Assembly: GCA_018398765.1 (NCBI GenBank)
Contig: JAHBMJ010000119.1
Span: 1 to 56,333, forward strand
Direction of reading: 5' to 3'
Origin: Chromera velia
Taxonomy: Eukaryota
DNA length: 56,333 nucleotides
In this document: positions 1 to 12,400 of the stretch, one piece after another
How the letters are laid out: each line of letters starts with the position of its first letter
Position numbering within the stretch: position 1 is the first letter of the stretch
Position numbers and translations under genes: made by a program
Notes under the pieces: generated by a model
Told to the model about the DNA's origin: nothing
What the model saw: the letters and a program-made list of their open reading frames with translations, nothing else
Databases searched by the model: none

Positions 1-52
1 AGACTCATTCCTTTGAACTCACTGATTAGGAGAGTTGTGTATATCTGATTAT

Positions 53-258
53 TGCATGCATGCAGTTTAATTTGCATGCATGTGATGAAACAAGTCAAGC
101 TCGGTCAAGCTCGTGGCCCCGCAATTGCCTGTGCTCAATTTTTCGCTTGCGCAGACCACCACAAAATGGGCAAAGTGTGATGAAATTTGCTATATATATA
201 GTGTTGCATGCATGCCTGTTCTGCACATTGCATCCTGATCGATCTGCATGCATGCATG
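53..258. promoter_or_regulatory. Cluster of TGCATGCA palindromic motifs (candidate ApiAP2-type cis-elements)
   Basis: TGCATGCA or overlapping TGCATGCATGCA occurs at 53-64, 73-80, 205-212 and 245-256. TGCATGCA is an established ApiAP2-bound element in apicomplexans. Function here is inferred. Confidence 0.4.
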
Positions 259-3200
259 TTAAATAAAAGCTTTCATCGATATATATCGTCTGTCAAACCT
301 AGTTGGCAGATAAGAATCAAACTCATGTCCAGAATTGTACCGAGAAAACTATCCCGCACGGCTCCAGTTCTTTCCCTGGGTGTCTTTTCGAGCTTCATCC
401 ATTTCAAGGTGCATTATGGGTTTGGTGAAAACGAACAACCGGCCTCGGAGGCAGGCATTCGAAGATGCTGAGGGTCTGCTTCTGAACGTCGGTGTCGTTG
501 CTGCGCTGCTGCAGTTACTTGCCTGTGTCCGTGGGAGCTTACTTGTCTGTATCATTCGACGAAAACTTGCGAGGTCACGCACAAAGAAGAGAAGCCGAGA
601 GAGAAGAAAGGTCACTCTTCCAAAAGGAGCTCCAGAAGTTCCAAATGTGCGGCACATGCGGCGCTCGACTTGTCGTTCCCGCAGTCCGCCTCTTTGATGC
701 TCAGCTTTGCAATGAGCTTAATCCTTCCCCCGAGTTCAGTACAGGGGCGCAAAGGCAGTCCCAGGCAGTCGTGGGCACACGCAGGCACAAATGCATAGCG
801 GCGGCAATCAGGCAGTCCTCTGCCCGTATCTCATATGTAGTTGACATAGGGGTAAGCGATCGATTTCGAGTTCTCGTTGACAGAAGGGCTCGGCTGTCTC
901 GTCGAGCATAAACATATTTTGCGCGTGTCAGTGGCTGTATAAAGGGAGGGAGGGAAGGGACCGGACACATTGCAGACTGCCACGCTAGTCTCTTTCTATC
1001 TTATCTCTTCTTTCTGTCCCGTTTCATCCCCTTGCTGCTCCTTTCGACACATGAACTCTCAACTCTAGACAAAAGACGCTCTAGTCACAGTCAGTCGCTA
1101 GTACTTCACATGCTCTCGGGCCTCGGCCAGCCTTGATTCGATTCGCCCTCCCTACTCTGAAGCAACCCCCCTCTCCCTCTCTTTCCCTCCTTTTCCCTTC
1201 CTCTCCCCCCTTCCCCATTGTCCCCTCTTCTCCCCCTTCCCCCCCTTCCCTCCCTTTCTCCCTCTCTGTCCCCTTCCCTTCGCCGGGCCTATAACCCGCT
1301 TTGCCCTTCCCAATCCCTGTTAAAAGTTTTACCAGCGCCGGCAAGAGATGAGGCGGCAGCTGCCGTGTGCCCTCCTCTGTCTTTCAGTAGGTCTGCCACG
1401 ACCCTTCTGCCTTTCTTGCCGTCGAGGGCAGGCTCGATATCATTTTGTACCCCTTCTTTACTTCCCCCTCCTTCCTACTCCAGGCTCGCCGCGTCGGGAT
1501 CCCAGAGTAGAAGGCCCTCCCCGGTTGGCACACCAGCTGTCACTGCGTTGTTCCATGTGGTACGCCGCCATCTATCCTTTCTGTCTATTTTACATGCAAG
1601 CAGAGTCTCGCGTACCTGATCGAACGGCCACTCATTGAACGATCTACACGACAGACGCACAGCCAGAAGCGACAAGCTATCTCTCGGAAGAAAGTGATAA
1701 CCTTGCAGACACATGGGAGAGGCGAAGGACGTCTTCTTGTGTTTGGACACTGACAGTATTGGAGGACCAGTCCAAACAGACCCAGACACACTAGAGGTGT
1801 TTGCAGGCCACGAAGGTGGTCAGCCTTGTGCAGACAAGCAAGCAACCAACAGCAAAGACAAGTGAAGGTGATCAGCCGACACTCGTCCGGAAGATGGAGA
1901 CAGCTACAGAATCAAAAGGCATAAAAAAAGCATTCTACTGGCCATTTGGATTGCGATCTGCTCATAGGCGGCATTTTTAATGAAATTAGGCTTCTTAAAG
2001 TCCTGAGCAACACCAAGTAACGTCTCCACCATCGGCTTTGGCGACCTCCAACGGTCTTTGGGCTCTCCACCTAAGGACAAGTACAAAGTCCAGGATTAGA
2101 CTCGAAAGCGGTCTCCGAAAGAGGACTCCAGGCAGCTTGGGATATAAGGGGACGCTGAATTCCCCTACTCACGGTCTTTGCCTGACCGTGTCCGTATTGT
2201 TGCAATCGGCTTTCAACTGTTGCGCAAACAGACAGATCTGCTCTCCATTACTGAAGGTATATGAGAGTCGACACTCATCGAGCTGGGTGTTCACCACAAT
2301 GTTTGTCCCTCCTGTCTGGCCACTTATGGCGTCCAGACAGAAGGTAAAGCAAGGACAAGAACCTTAGGGAAATTCTAAAGAAGGAACGTGAACAACCTTC
2401 ATTCAGGTAATAGTTTACAGAAGGTTTAGCTCTAGAGCGATCTGGGATTCCAATTAGCTGGGTTCATTCTATCATTGCATAATTTCTACTTATGCTTCTC
2501 CCTGTTCCTCTCTCTCAGAGTCTCAGATTCCCAATCTATGACAAACAGACATTAGCCTTAAACGATCCTATCTGTTGCTCAAGTGACATGTTGCTTGAAT
2601 GCGAACATTGCGAAGGTCAGACTCGACTTCGATGCGCGACAGTGTGCGGCGACACGTACGAAGCAAAGCGCAGCGGCGGAATGTGGTGTGGCACGTTAGC
2701 TCACTCAGTCACGGCGCATGCGAAGGCTCAAAGGGCGGCGCCACAGAGTAAGACTCCACAAGCCTCCTATTAGAACCAAAAGAAAATCTATCTAAAGACC
2801 ACGTCTAGCAAAAACGACCTCCCTGAACCTAACTACCACTTGAAAGTTCAAGCTGCATTTTTGGATAGGCTGGAAAGTCCGCACCGCAGGTGCGGATCAT
2901 TTACGGTGTCTTGAAAGCCAAAGCCGCATATCTGGATGGTGTCTTGACCATTTACGCCGCAGGTGTGGACGGTCTCTTGAAAAACAAAGCCGCAGATAGA
3001 GATCATCTTGATTATATTTTTTTAAGTGGCACTTAGGTTCAGGGAGGTTGCAAAAACATATGAAAAAAAAAATATTAAACAAGAGCAATTAATTTTTCTG
3101 GTAATTTTTGAATGAATGCAAAATTTTAGCTTCTAATTTAGAATTCTTATATTTTTTAAATAATAGGAACACTAAATTTTCTAAAACCGCAGGCAAAACC

Positions 3201-3466
3201 CAGAATATCAATGCTATACTATGCTAAGCTAAATTAAATTGGGCGTTAAAATATTCTGGGGTCCCAATTTTTGGCGCCCAATTCTAGGCCGAATTCAACT
3301 ATCACTCTAAATTTTACTATTATTTTAGAGGTATCGCTCAAGATGTATAAGCATCCTCACCGAGCTAACCCTACCTACCCCTAACCGATCTAACCTATAA
3401 GCTTTGAAATGAATAAAATTGAATTGAATGAAGGTGCCCCAGGTTGAAGTTAATTGGATACCATGA

Positions 3467-4605
3467 TCAGATGGCTTGGGAGTGCGTTTTTCGTTTTACT
3501 GTAAATCTTCTCAAAAAGCTCTGGTGACGGGGAGAGATTTGAACAGCGAATGCTGCGAAGAGAACTGAAAGAAACCACAACAATGCACACAGGTACATGC
3601 TCGTTAAGTCGAGCCCCTTCTCCTGTGCCCATCGAAGGGGGTCTTCTGTTTTGTCGGCTTGAAGTCTTCTTCTGGAGCCCTCCACCCCTCCACTTTGAAG
3701 AGCAAAAGACGCGAATTCTTCAAGAAACAAACGACATGTAAGAAGCACCCGGCTGACAAAGTTTACCACATCCTCATCAACATTGTACGATCCAGAAGAA
3801 AATTTGTTGTCGAGCTCCCCGTAAAAATCTGATTCCCATACGAGACGTACTTTCTCTTGATAAGCTGCCAGATGCCCTGGAAGGCTTTTATCTTTCGACT
3901 TCACTTTGTTGTATGCCTCCCACTCCTTCTGCCTCGTGTTCCCTCCTTTCCCTTTTGCCCTTCCTTTATGGTGATACACGCACAGATCGCTCTCGTAGAG
4001 TGAGGATGAGTAAGCCGTCTGCTCGACATACCAAGAGCAAGCAAGGTCATAGTCCCTGTCTGCCAAATTCCACAGCCCCCCCCAGGCCCCGACTTCCGTC
4101 AGCGACTTTGCAGTCTCCCTTGCACGAATTCGACTCTGCGTCCTCACACGCGCGCGTGCCGCCTTGTCCAGGGGGACCACTCCCTGGTCGACCCTCATCG
4201 AGAAGGGGAGAAAGGCACTCGCAGAGGCGACAAAGTCGGTTACTGGGGTAGAGGCGACAGAAGAGGGAAGAAAGAGGTCCTCTCGGGTGACCGCGTGGGA
4301 GTGGAGACGGTCTGCAAATACCAGGCAAGCGTTTGTAAGTCCGGGGAGAAAGAGAGGTGCATTTACGAAAGCGAGTTTTTCACTTCGGAACAGGGACGCC
4401 TTCGTGACTTTGCACACGAAGCGCCGGTTGCTTTCACTCTTGTAAGTTGAGTCAGAGACACATCCTTTTTTTTTTGTTTGTTTGTTTGTTTGGTGGTCGC
4501 ATCTTGAGGCGTTGCTTCTCTTTCTACATGTTGTCTCTCTCCTCTGCCGTGTTCCGAAAAGAAAAGGCTTTTGACGCACTCACGCAAATACACAGACATG
4601 CAGAC

Positions 4606-4646
<41 letters not shown>

Positions 4647-7533
4647 TACGCGCGTGTGTGCAAGCTCAAGTCAACTCAACGCAGTGATCCGACGCACTCA
4701 GGACGAACAATTACCTCGGAAGCTGACTGATCAGACTGACCGATTGACTCACGTCGCGCGCGACTGACCGACTGACTGAGTCCCTCACTCACTGACTTAC
4801 TTACTCTTTCACCCCCCAACTGACTCTCTCTCGGACTGACCAAACGAGAGCGTCTGCAGCCACTCTGCCACCGTCTCTTTGCTCAGAGGACTCAGACGGT
4901 CGAGGAACCTGAGGCTCCAAAAGGTGAACCTGGGGGGAAATTGGGGGGGGNNNNNNNNNNNNNNNNNNNNNNNNNNNNNNNNNNNNNNNNNNNNNNNNNN
5001 NNNNNNNNNNNNNNNNNNNNNNNNNNNNNNNNNNNNNNNNNNNNNNNNNNNNNNNNNNNNNNNNNNNNNNNNNNNNNNNNNNNNNNNNNNNNNNNNNNNN
5101 NNNNNNNNNNNNNNNNNNNNNNNNNNNNNNNNNNNNNNNNNNNNNNNNNNNNNNNNNNNNNNNNNNNNNNNNNNNNNNNNNNNNNNNNNNNNNNNNNNNN
5201 NNNNNNNNNNNNNNNNNNNNNNNNNNNNNNNNNNNNNNNNNGGGGGGGGGGGGGTTGTGAGAGACGGGAGAGTCAAATAAGAGGACTTGTACGTCTTCGC
5301 TTCTCTTTCTGACGATCTTGAACGCTCAGTCGATGCACAGACAAGGCAACATCCCGGACACTCGAACAGCTTTTTCACCCTGCCGTTTCGGTCACGGACA
5401 ATGTATCCATGGAAACGGCTCAGCCCGCAAAAGGACAGCCAAACCAAACCAGACAGCCTCTCTCACTGCTGTCACAGGGAATGACGCGCGGAATACGCTG
5501 GAATCAGTCTCTTTCCGGGAGAGCGTGATCGTTTGAGTCTCTCGTCAGTGAACTCTCTGCCTGCCTGCCTGACAAACTGAGTGAGAGGCTCGGCTGAATG
5601 ACTGCCTGACCGACGGACCGGTCGATGACAGAGACGCCCACAGAGCTGTCGTGGTGGTGCGAGTAGCTGCTTTCGTCCTTTGCAGAGGAACCCAGAGCCA
5701 GAATGCGTGGGGAGTAGAAGAGCTCATGGAGTGTCGACGCCTGGCAGGTCTCTGTCACCCACAGAATTTTCCGGTACCTGCATAGTCGACAGGGTGCGTG
5801 TCAGTGCTTTCACTTCGCGTGAATCGTCTTGGCGCTATCTGTGCCGTTGCAGAAAGACGGAGATGCAAAATGACAGAACCAAAGTGCAAGAATGAGAAGA
5901 TGAGAGTGCAAAGGAAAGCCGCCAGCACCAGACAGAAAGAATCCACGAAAAGAAAAGGTGCAATGGGGCATACAGGTAGGCAGAAAAAAGGACGAAGGGG
6001 AAGACAACCACAACAAAGGGGTTGAAGAAGAAGGGGAGGAGTGCGTTTCTCTCTCTGGCGTTTTTGTTGAGTTTTCTTTATTTCTAACGGACCTTTGCTG
6101 CTTGTGTTTATTTTCATGCAGAATTATTTTTCATACATAAAAATAAACAAATGAATTTTGTTTATTTCTAACGGACCTTTGCTGCTGGTGCGTTTGTGCG
6201 GCTGCATCCGCAACGTCCTGCGCAGAGATCTCTTCCCAGTCCCTGAACTTCAGGAATTGGTTACCCCCGTGTCCTGTGAGGAAGACGAGGACGTTCGAGT
6301 GGGAGTCGGAGAGGAGACGCCGGGAGGGGGGGTGGTGCGGGGAGGTGCGGCCAGTCAAGAGACGGATGAAGTTAGACACCGTCACGTCATCACCCCTGAC
6401 ATCATACACAATGCAGAAGGGAGCTCAATCTCCGCTACACAATAAAGTCTTTTGCGCAAGACGAAACCGTTGCCTTGGCAGGACGTGGGGAAGCGCAAGC
6501 ATCCGGGTATGCTCACCAATCTTGAACGACGAAAGTTTCTTCAAAGAGAAATCAGTGTGCACACAGACAGAGCAGAGGAGAGACGGAAAGTATGATCGCC
6601 TCAGGGGAGGAAGCAGCCTTCTTTTTTTTCTCATTCACTCTCACATCCAGAAACAAAAAGAGACACAGAAGCCCGCGCCCTACCTGTAGTCGACCTCGAC
6701 GCTCTCCCCGTAGAGGTTCAGATTGTGAGACGCGTCGTTGTACACAGTTCCTGCCTGGCTGTTCCTGGCATTGCACGCAATGTCTTCTGACAGCATCAGA
6801 ATGATCTGCAGACCACCCAAGCAGTCATGAAAACACACACACTCAAACACGCATACGGACAGAGAGGGGCGGAAAAAAGAGAGTCCCAGACATGAAGCCA
6901 CGCAAATGGACACGCAGGCAGCCAGGCAGGCAGCCAGACAGGCAGGCATAGATGAGAGAAAGCGAGGGGGGCAGATGGGAAGAAGATAGCAGGCACTGTC
7001 CATGACCGACTTGACGGAGTATTAGAACCATCGGAACCAATGTAATGAGTTCTAAAAGACCCCCCCTGCTCGATGTTTGAACAAGGGCTTAACCGAAACG
7101 CGGGGACAACAAACAAAAACGCCGTGATAAACAAAGTCAATCAAACCAGCAAACAAGCAAGCGGGGCACAAAGAAGGAAGCGACGGAAGGAAGGAAGGAA
7201 AGAAGGAAGAGAGAGAGAGAGAGAAGAAAGAAACAAATACATAAAGAAACAAACAAAGAAGCAGATAAACAAAGAACATGTAAGTACAGTGCGAGATGGC
7301 AGAGAGAGGATACACACCGCCAAACCGACCCTGTTGTCCGGAATTCCGAGCCGCCGGACAGTGTGATAGAAGGAAAGGGCATTTGCTGCATGTCGGTAAT
7401 TGTACCAGAACCGTGACGTGTCCACAATCACAGCCCAGTTGTTTTGGTTTCTTGCCCTGACACCTTGAAGAAGAACGAGAAACAGCGGAACGAAAACACC
7501 CAACCCCCCGAGTCTTCTCCATGACCAGAGCAT
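3467..7533 (-). CDS. GPI8: GPI-anchor transamidase catalytic subunit (peptidase C13/legumain family), 6 exons, ~545 aa
   Basis: Exons 7533-7330, 6805-6684, 6395-6177, 5777-5619, 4929-4841 and 4311-3467 join through GT-AG introns with consistent phases (1638 nt). Motifs: [58 protein letters not shown], catalytic His in LTGHGG, catalytic Cys in ETCQAS, and [20 protein letters not shown]. There is an N-terminal signal peptide and a C-terminal hydrophobic helix ([18 protein letters not shown]). Confidence 0.95.
4951..5241. other. Assembly gap (N run) flanked by poly-G, inside GPI8 intron 4
   Basis: Run of n seen directly. The GPI8 exon phases on either side are compatible, so no exon needs to be hidden in it. 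Confidence 0.99.
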
Positions 7534-8297
7534 CTTTGAATTCCTCTTGGGAAGATCAGAAGGCGTGAGTGTGGCCACAGAGAGTTTCTCGCTGTGTCTT
7601 CACCGAAAGTGACTTAAGGGAAGGGACACGTCTGCCCCCTTTCCTCAGCCAGGCACCTGCGTGGATACGGAGGCGTCTCCGTTGCTGCGGGGCTGTCAAT
7701 GCAGTAAATGTTAAACAGAAACAATGGAAAGCCGCACGACGTTTTGGACCCAGGCGTGTCGTGCATGTCTGGCTGGAGTATTGCAGCTCGCCATGGTGCC
7801 AAGAACGGCCAAGGCGAAGCTTCCTGCTTTAAGGTTCGCCTGATCGAGTCTGTTACTAGAGAGACCGTGAGCGATCATGAGCGTAGACGGGCCGGCAAAA
7901 TCCTGCAGCAGCTTTCTAGATCGCGCGTACAGAAATTGGTCACATGAAATTGACGCACGCACAAAGGCGCGCCCATGGCGCGCCCCAACCGGATCGTTTC
8001 CCCCTTGGCCGATTTTGTGCCCCTGCATGCCTCGAAGCAAATAAGGCATTCCCACCAAACCTCGTGCACAGGTTACCCCCATCCAATTCCTTCTGACAGT
8101 GCAACCACGGAGCTTTTGAGCGCTTTTCAAACACGATACTACTACCTGAGTACTTCTGCGAAAGCTTGGAGGCACAGGTCCTGTGTTCACCCGAATTCCA
8201 ACAACCCTCCGATCCGATTCTGGGATCCTGTTCAAGGTTTTTACGCCACACTCTTACTCTTCTTTGGCCCTTCAATCGATTTGCATGACTTGAAGGG
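7534..8297. promoter_or_regulatory. Short divergent intergenic region (probable bidirectional promoter) between GPI8 and the Cys-rich gene
   Basis: The two start codons face away from each other 764 bp apart. A CpG-rich core contains GGCGCGCC-CAT-GGCGCGCC at about 7966-7984. Confidence 0.55.
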
Positions 8298-9390
8298 ATG
8301 AAAGGTCACGGAGCAGTGCAAATGGCACTGACAAGTGTCCTCCTCCTTGCTTCAATGTTCACCTGTGAAACTAAACTGGGTGGTTCTTCTGAAGACGAGA
8401 CCCGTAAGTTCAAGAAACACAACACAGAACGAGACGACGGTCGCGACACATGTGGACAAATGAATGAATCACCGTTAAATGCTTGCAGCCGACTGCAAAA
8501 AGTCCTGTGCCAACCTTGTGGACCCTCTTTGTGGAAGCGGTCAGTAGAAAGAACGCGTAACCTGTCCCTTTTAGACTTGAATTCCGGTTTGTGAAGAGAG
8601 TGCGAAGACATTTACTCATTGTGTCCCTCTTCTGTTGTTCCTTTGTCTGTCTGCAGATGGACTGACTTATGAGAACAGGTCAGAGATACCGAATCTCTCC
8701 TGAATCACTCGTGACGCTTTCTTAGGCACCGGATCATTCAATGGGTTTTTGGTCAAAAAGAAAAGTGTCTGACCTTTTTTCCACTCCACACACCTAGTAG
8801 ACCGACCTAAAGTATGCTGTCCCTCCCCGCCCCTGCAGCTGTCTTTTCGAACAGGCCCAGTGCCTGGACTCCTCGCTCTCCCTTGTCTCTAAAGGAAGCT
8901 GCGAGACGCCTAAGGGCACCACGCCTCTAAGGGCTCTGCAGTCGTACAGACCCCCCACGGAGTGCAGCTCATTCCAGTGCAAGGTCGACTTTGACGGTAA
9001 GCGATGTGCCTTAACCATAGTTTGCACATAGCCAGCATACTCTTGCCCCTCTTGACCACTCTATCGCTTCCACCATTTTCAGCAGCTTTCGAGTTTGACT
9101 GCCTGTGTGCTTGAGTTCCTTCCTGTGTACCGATCAACTCTCGATGCTTTTTCATTGCATGGTTCTTGATGCTTCGCCCTCTTAAAATCTTCTAAGAACC
9201 CAGCAAAACCCTCTGGGGCCTCCCGGTATTCCTTCCGATCCCGCTCTCCGGTTTCGACGAGAGGGGCGGAAGAAAAAGACAGACTTCGAAACAGGAGAAG
9301 AATTGTTTTCAATGGCAACTCAGGGAATACAAGGCGGCAATTGGTCTCTTCAGCTTTTCGCCTCTATATCTTTCTCCCCCCCTGCGCGCG

Positions 9391-9437
<47 letters not shown>

Positions 9438-12400
9438 ATGTCTCAATGTGCAGACACCACTTGTCCGCTTGTTTGTGTGTATGCTTTCAGGGTGCAACGC
9501 CTGCATGTGCGAAGCGGGAAAGCCTTACTACTGCACAGAGAAAGTGTGCACACCTGCCCAGATGCAAGAAGCGTTCTGTGCCTGCCGGTGAGTTCGCCCG
9601 TTTTGCAACAGAAACAGAACCCACATCTTTGATGCGTGTGGAACGGGACACAAAAGTGGCAATGTGAGGCTGTTTAAGAGAAGCCAGACAGAAGAAGAGA
9701 AGCAATGGAAAGAAGACAGGAGGGAATACAGGATTTTTTAAAAGGAGAGATTACTGATACAGAGATCCTGAGGCAGGAGAAGAGAAGCAGCCAAATGGCA
9801 AATTGCGTCAAAGAGCCATTCGGAGCCGGGTTCAGACATGGGTGAGTTGGCCTGAAGGGACTCGTGCCGTTTCACTCATGCATCTTTCTCTTTTGCCTTT
9901 CCTCGGATTGCAGAGAGGAAGACATGACGACCGTTGACTTCTGCAAACAGTTTGCGGGTCCTGGCGCGGGAGGTTCTTCAGGGGGTGGTTCTTCCTCTTC
10001 TTCTTCTTCTTCTTCTTCTTCTTCTGGTGCTGCCAATGGATCCACGCACGGAAGTGGTGTTGTGCGGACAGACAGGACTCCCATAAATTTTCCCGACACT
10101 TGTCCGATCGGATGTCTGTCTTACCACGACAGCTGCAAGACCTGTGTGTGTGAGAACGGAAGGAAGACTTACTGTACAGACGAGGTGTGCTACGAGGAGG
10201 CCCGGGATCAACTCCCCGATCCCCGTTGCTTGAGGACAGACAGACAACACAGTGCTCCCACAACAACCAGAGCGCCTGTAACAACGACCACCACTAGGGC
10301 ACAGGTACGTTGGTTGTATTGTGTCGTTGCCGTCGTGCTCTTCATGCAGGACAACAGACAAAGAGAACAGAAGAAGGGATATTGACGTGCACGGAAGATC
10401 TCAATGAAAGCAGACGATGGGACGGGGAGAAACGTTGAAGGCCTTCACCGAGAACAGTGAGAGAGAAAGGGAGAAGAGAGGAAAGGGTGCCACAAAGAAA
10501 GAGAAATTCTCCTTCTCTTCCCCTCAACTCAGTCCGAGACTCCCTTCCCCACCCACGCATCCCTTCTGTGCAGCAGCAAACAACCCCTGCACCTGCTGCT
10601 GCGGCCTCATGTCCCGAAGGATGCGGAAGATGGTCGGTCCCTTCTTTTCACGTACTTTGTCTCCGCTTACTTGTGCTTCTCGGGAGTTGACGTGAAGTCG
10701 TCTCCACGCTCCCGTTTTCGCCTTGCATGCCCCTCTGTTTGTGTGCGAGTAAGGGTGTCGAAACTTGTCAGATTTTTCCTCTTGTATCTTACATTTTTGG
10801 CCGGGAAAGATAAATGTGCTCATGTGCTCCTCTACTCCACTCTTTCTGTCGCCGTGCAGGTCAAATGGATGCAACGAGTGCGAGTGCATCGGAACGGGGC
10901 AGGTGAGTTGGAAGGGGAGGGGAGGGGGAGTGAGTGGGGTCCTTTCTCGGCCTGGCTATCTGAGGGGATCTGTGTTCGCTCTGCGTGTGTCTGCCTGTTT
11001 TCCCGGCACCTTCAGGGAAATGGCTTCGATGGGGTGTTTCAAGTTTGGTGAAATTTGTTTCTTCATCTCTACTTTTGGTGATTCACGTTTTTTGTTCCCC
11101 CTCTCTCTCCCTCTCCCGCAGATCGACGCTTCCACATGCACCCGGAGGAGCTGCCCTGCTGTCAGGATGGGCACACCCACCTGCACACGGTGGGGCCTCT
11201 CTCAGCCTCAACAGCCGACTCAGGCACCCGCACAGGGGGGGAGTGGAGGGACAGGAGGGTGGCTGGGAGGGGGAAGCTCCTCGGGGGGGGGTAGTACGGG
11301 AGGGTGGAGTGGGGGAGCTCCCGCGACCCCCCCACCGACAACTAGGCCGCCTACAACAACGCCTGCACCGACCCCCCCCCCTCAACGAGCGGCATGTCCT
11401 GCTGGCTGCAGGACGTTCTTCGATGGTGCGTAGATACACGAGTGATGCAGACTGTGTGTGTGTTCTCGTCTGCGGGGCCAGGGGAGAAAAATGCTGATCA
11501 AACGCGCCTGTGGAGAGGGAGATCGCATCCTTGTCACAGAAACTAATTCGCCAAACATCTGTGTCCCTTTGGACGTGTACTCCAATTTCGATGTTCTTGT
11601 TTCTCGTCTTCGAAGGATCCATCCTGCAGGCAAGCAAACGCACTTCGCGAGACAGATTGAAGCAGAAAAGCCAATCTGCCTGAATCTGTCTGTTTTCTTT
11701 TCCATTTGCAGGTTGCAATTCATGCTCATGCGTAGACGGCGTCGCTTCTATCTGTACAAACGTCCGTCAGTCAGTCAGTCACTTGATCGATCGAAAGCTC
11801 TTCAATCCTTTCGCAGAGCACCGAAGCTCCCTCTCGAAACACCATCTCCAGAAAAACTCCAGAAAAACAATGAGGAAGAAAATCGAGTCCTGTCTTTGCT
11901 GCAGAGGCCGTGTTGCATTCAAAAGATGCAGACCGTTCACTTTGTGGGCGGTGATTGAACAAGTGTGTCAGCAAGCAAAAAGCAGAGCGCTGACTCACGA
12001 ACCACACATCCATACAAGTCAATCAATATACACCCAGGAGCAGGCAGCCTCCCTCTCCGGTAAATCTCTCAAATTCAAGTGACCTCGATTTGTGTGTGCC
12101 TCTCTTCATTTTTCTACGCCTTTTCGCTTGATCACACTGTCTGCACCTCTTCTAAAAACTTCCATCTTCCATCCTGCCTTCTATTCCTGCGCGCTCCTCT
12201 CTTTGTCCTCTGTGTATCTCCCTCTTTGCTCAGAACTTTTGCTCCACCCGCACAGAGGGCTACTGCACAGAGGCGGACCCATTTTTCCACCAGCCACAAG
12301 CAACCACTCCCCCCCCTCCTGCTGTTGGGGGCGGAGGGGGAGGGAGTGATTCGATTTTCGGGTCTGAAGACAGGGGGGAGTGTCTGATGGGCTGTGAACT

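Noticed and set aside
300..2400. Coding-like sequence and several short ORFs on both strands, including a possible minus-strand exon pair near 2330-1995
   Set aside because: All frames are interrupted by stops and I recognise no protein family. It may be a decayed gene or TE, but I cannot support a call.
3365..3397. Telomere-like CTAACCCT/CCCTAA motifs (also TTTAGGG near 41646 and 41695)
   Set aside because: Only 2-3 degenerate, non-tandem units, which is not enough for an interstitial telomere array.
4312..4579. N-terminal part of the 370-aa ORF 3467-4579 as a standalone gene
   Set aside because: It is read-through into GPI8 intron 5. The true exon starts at the AG acceptor at 4311.
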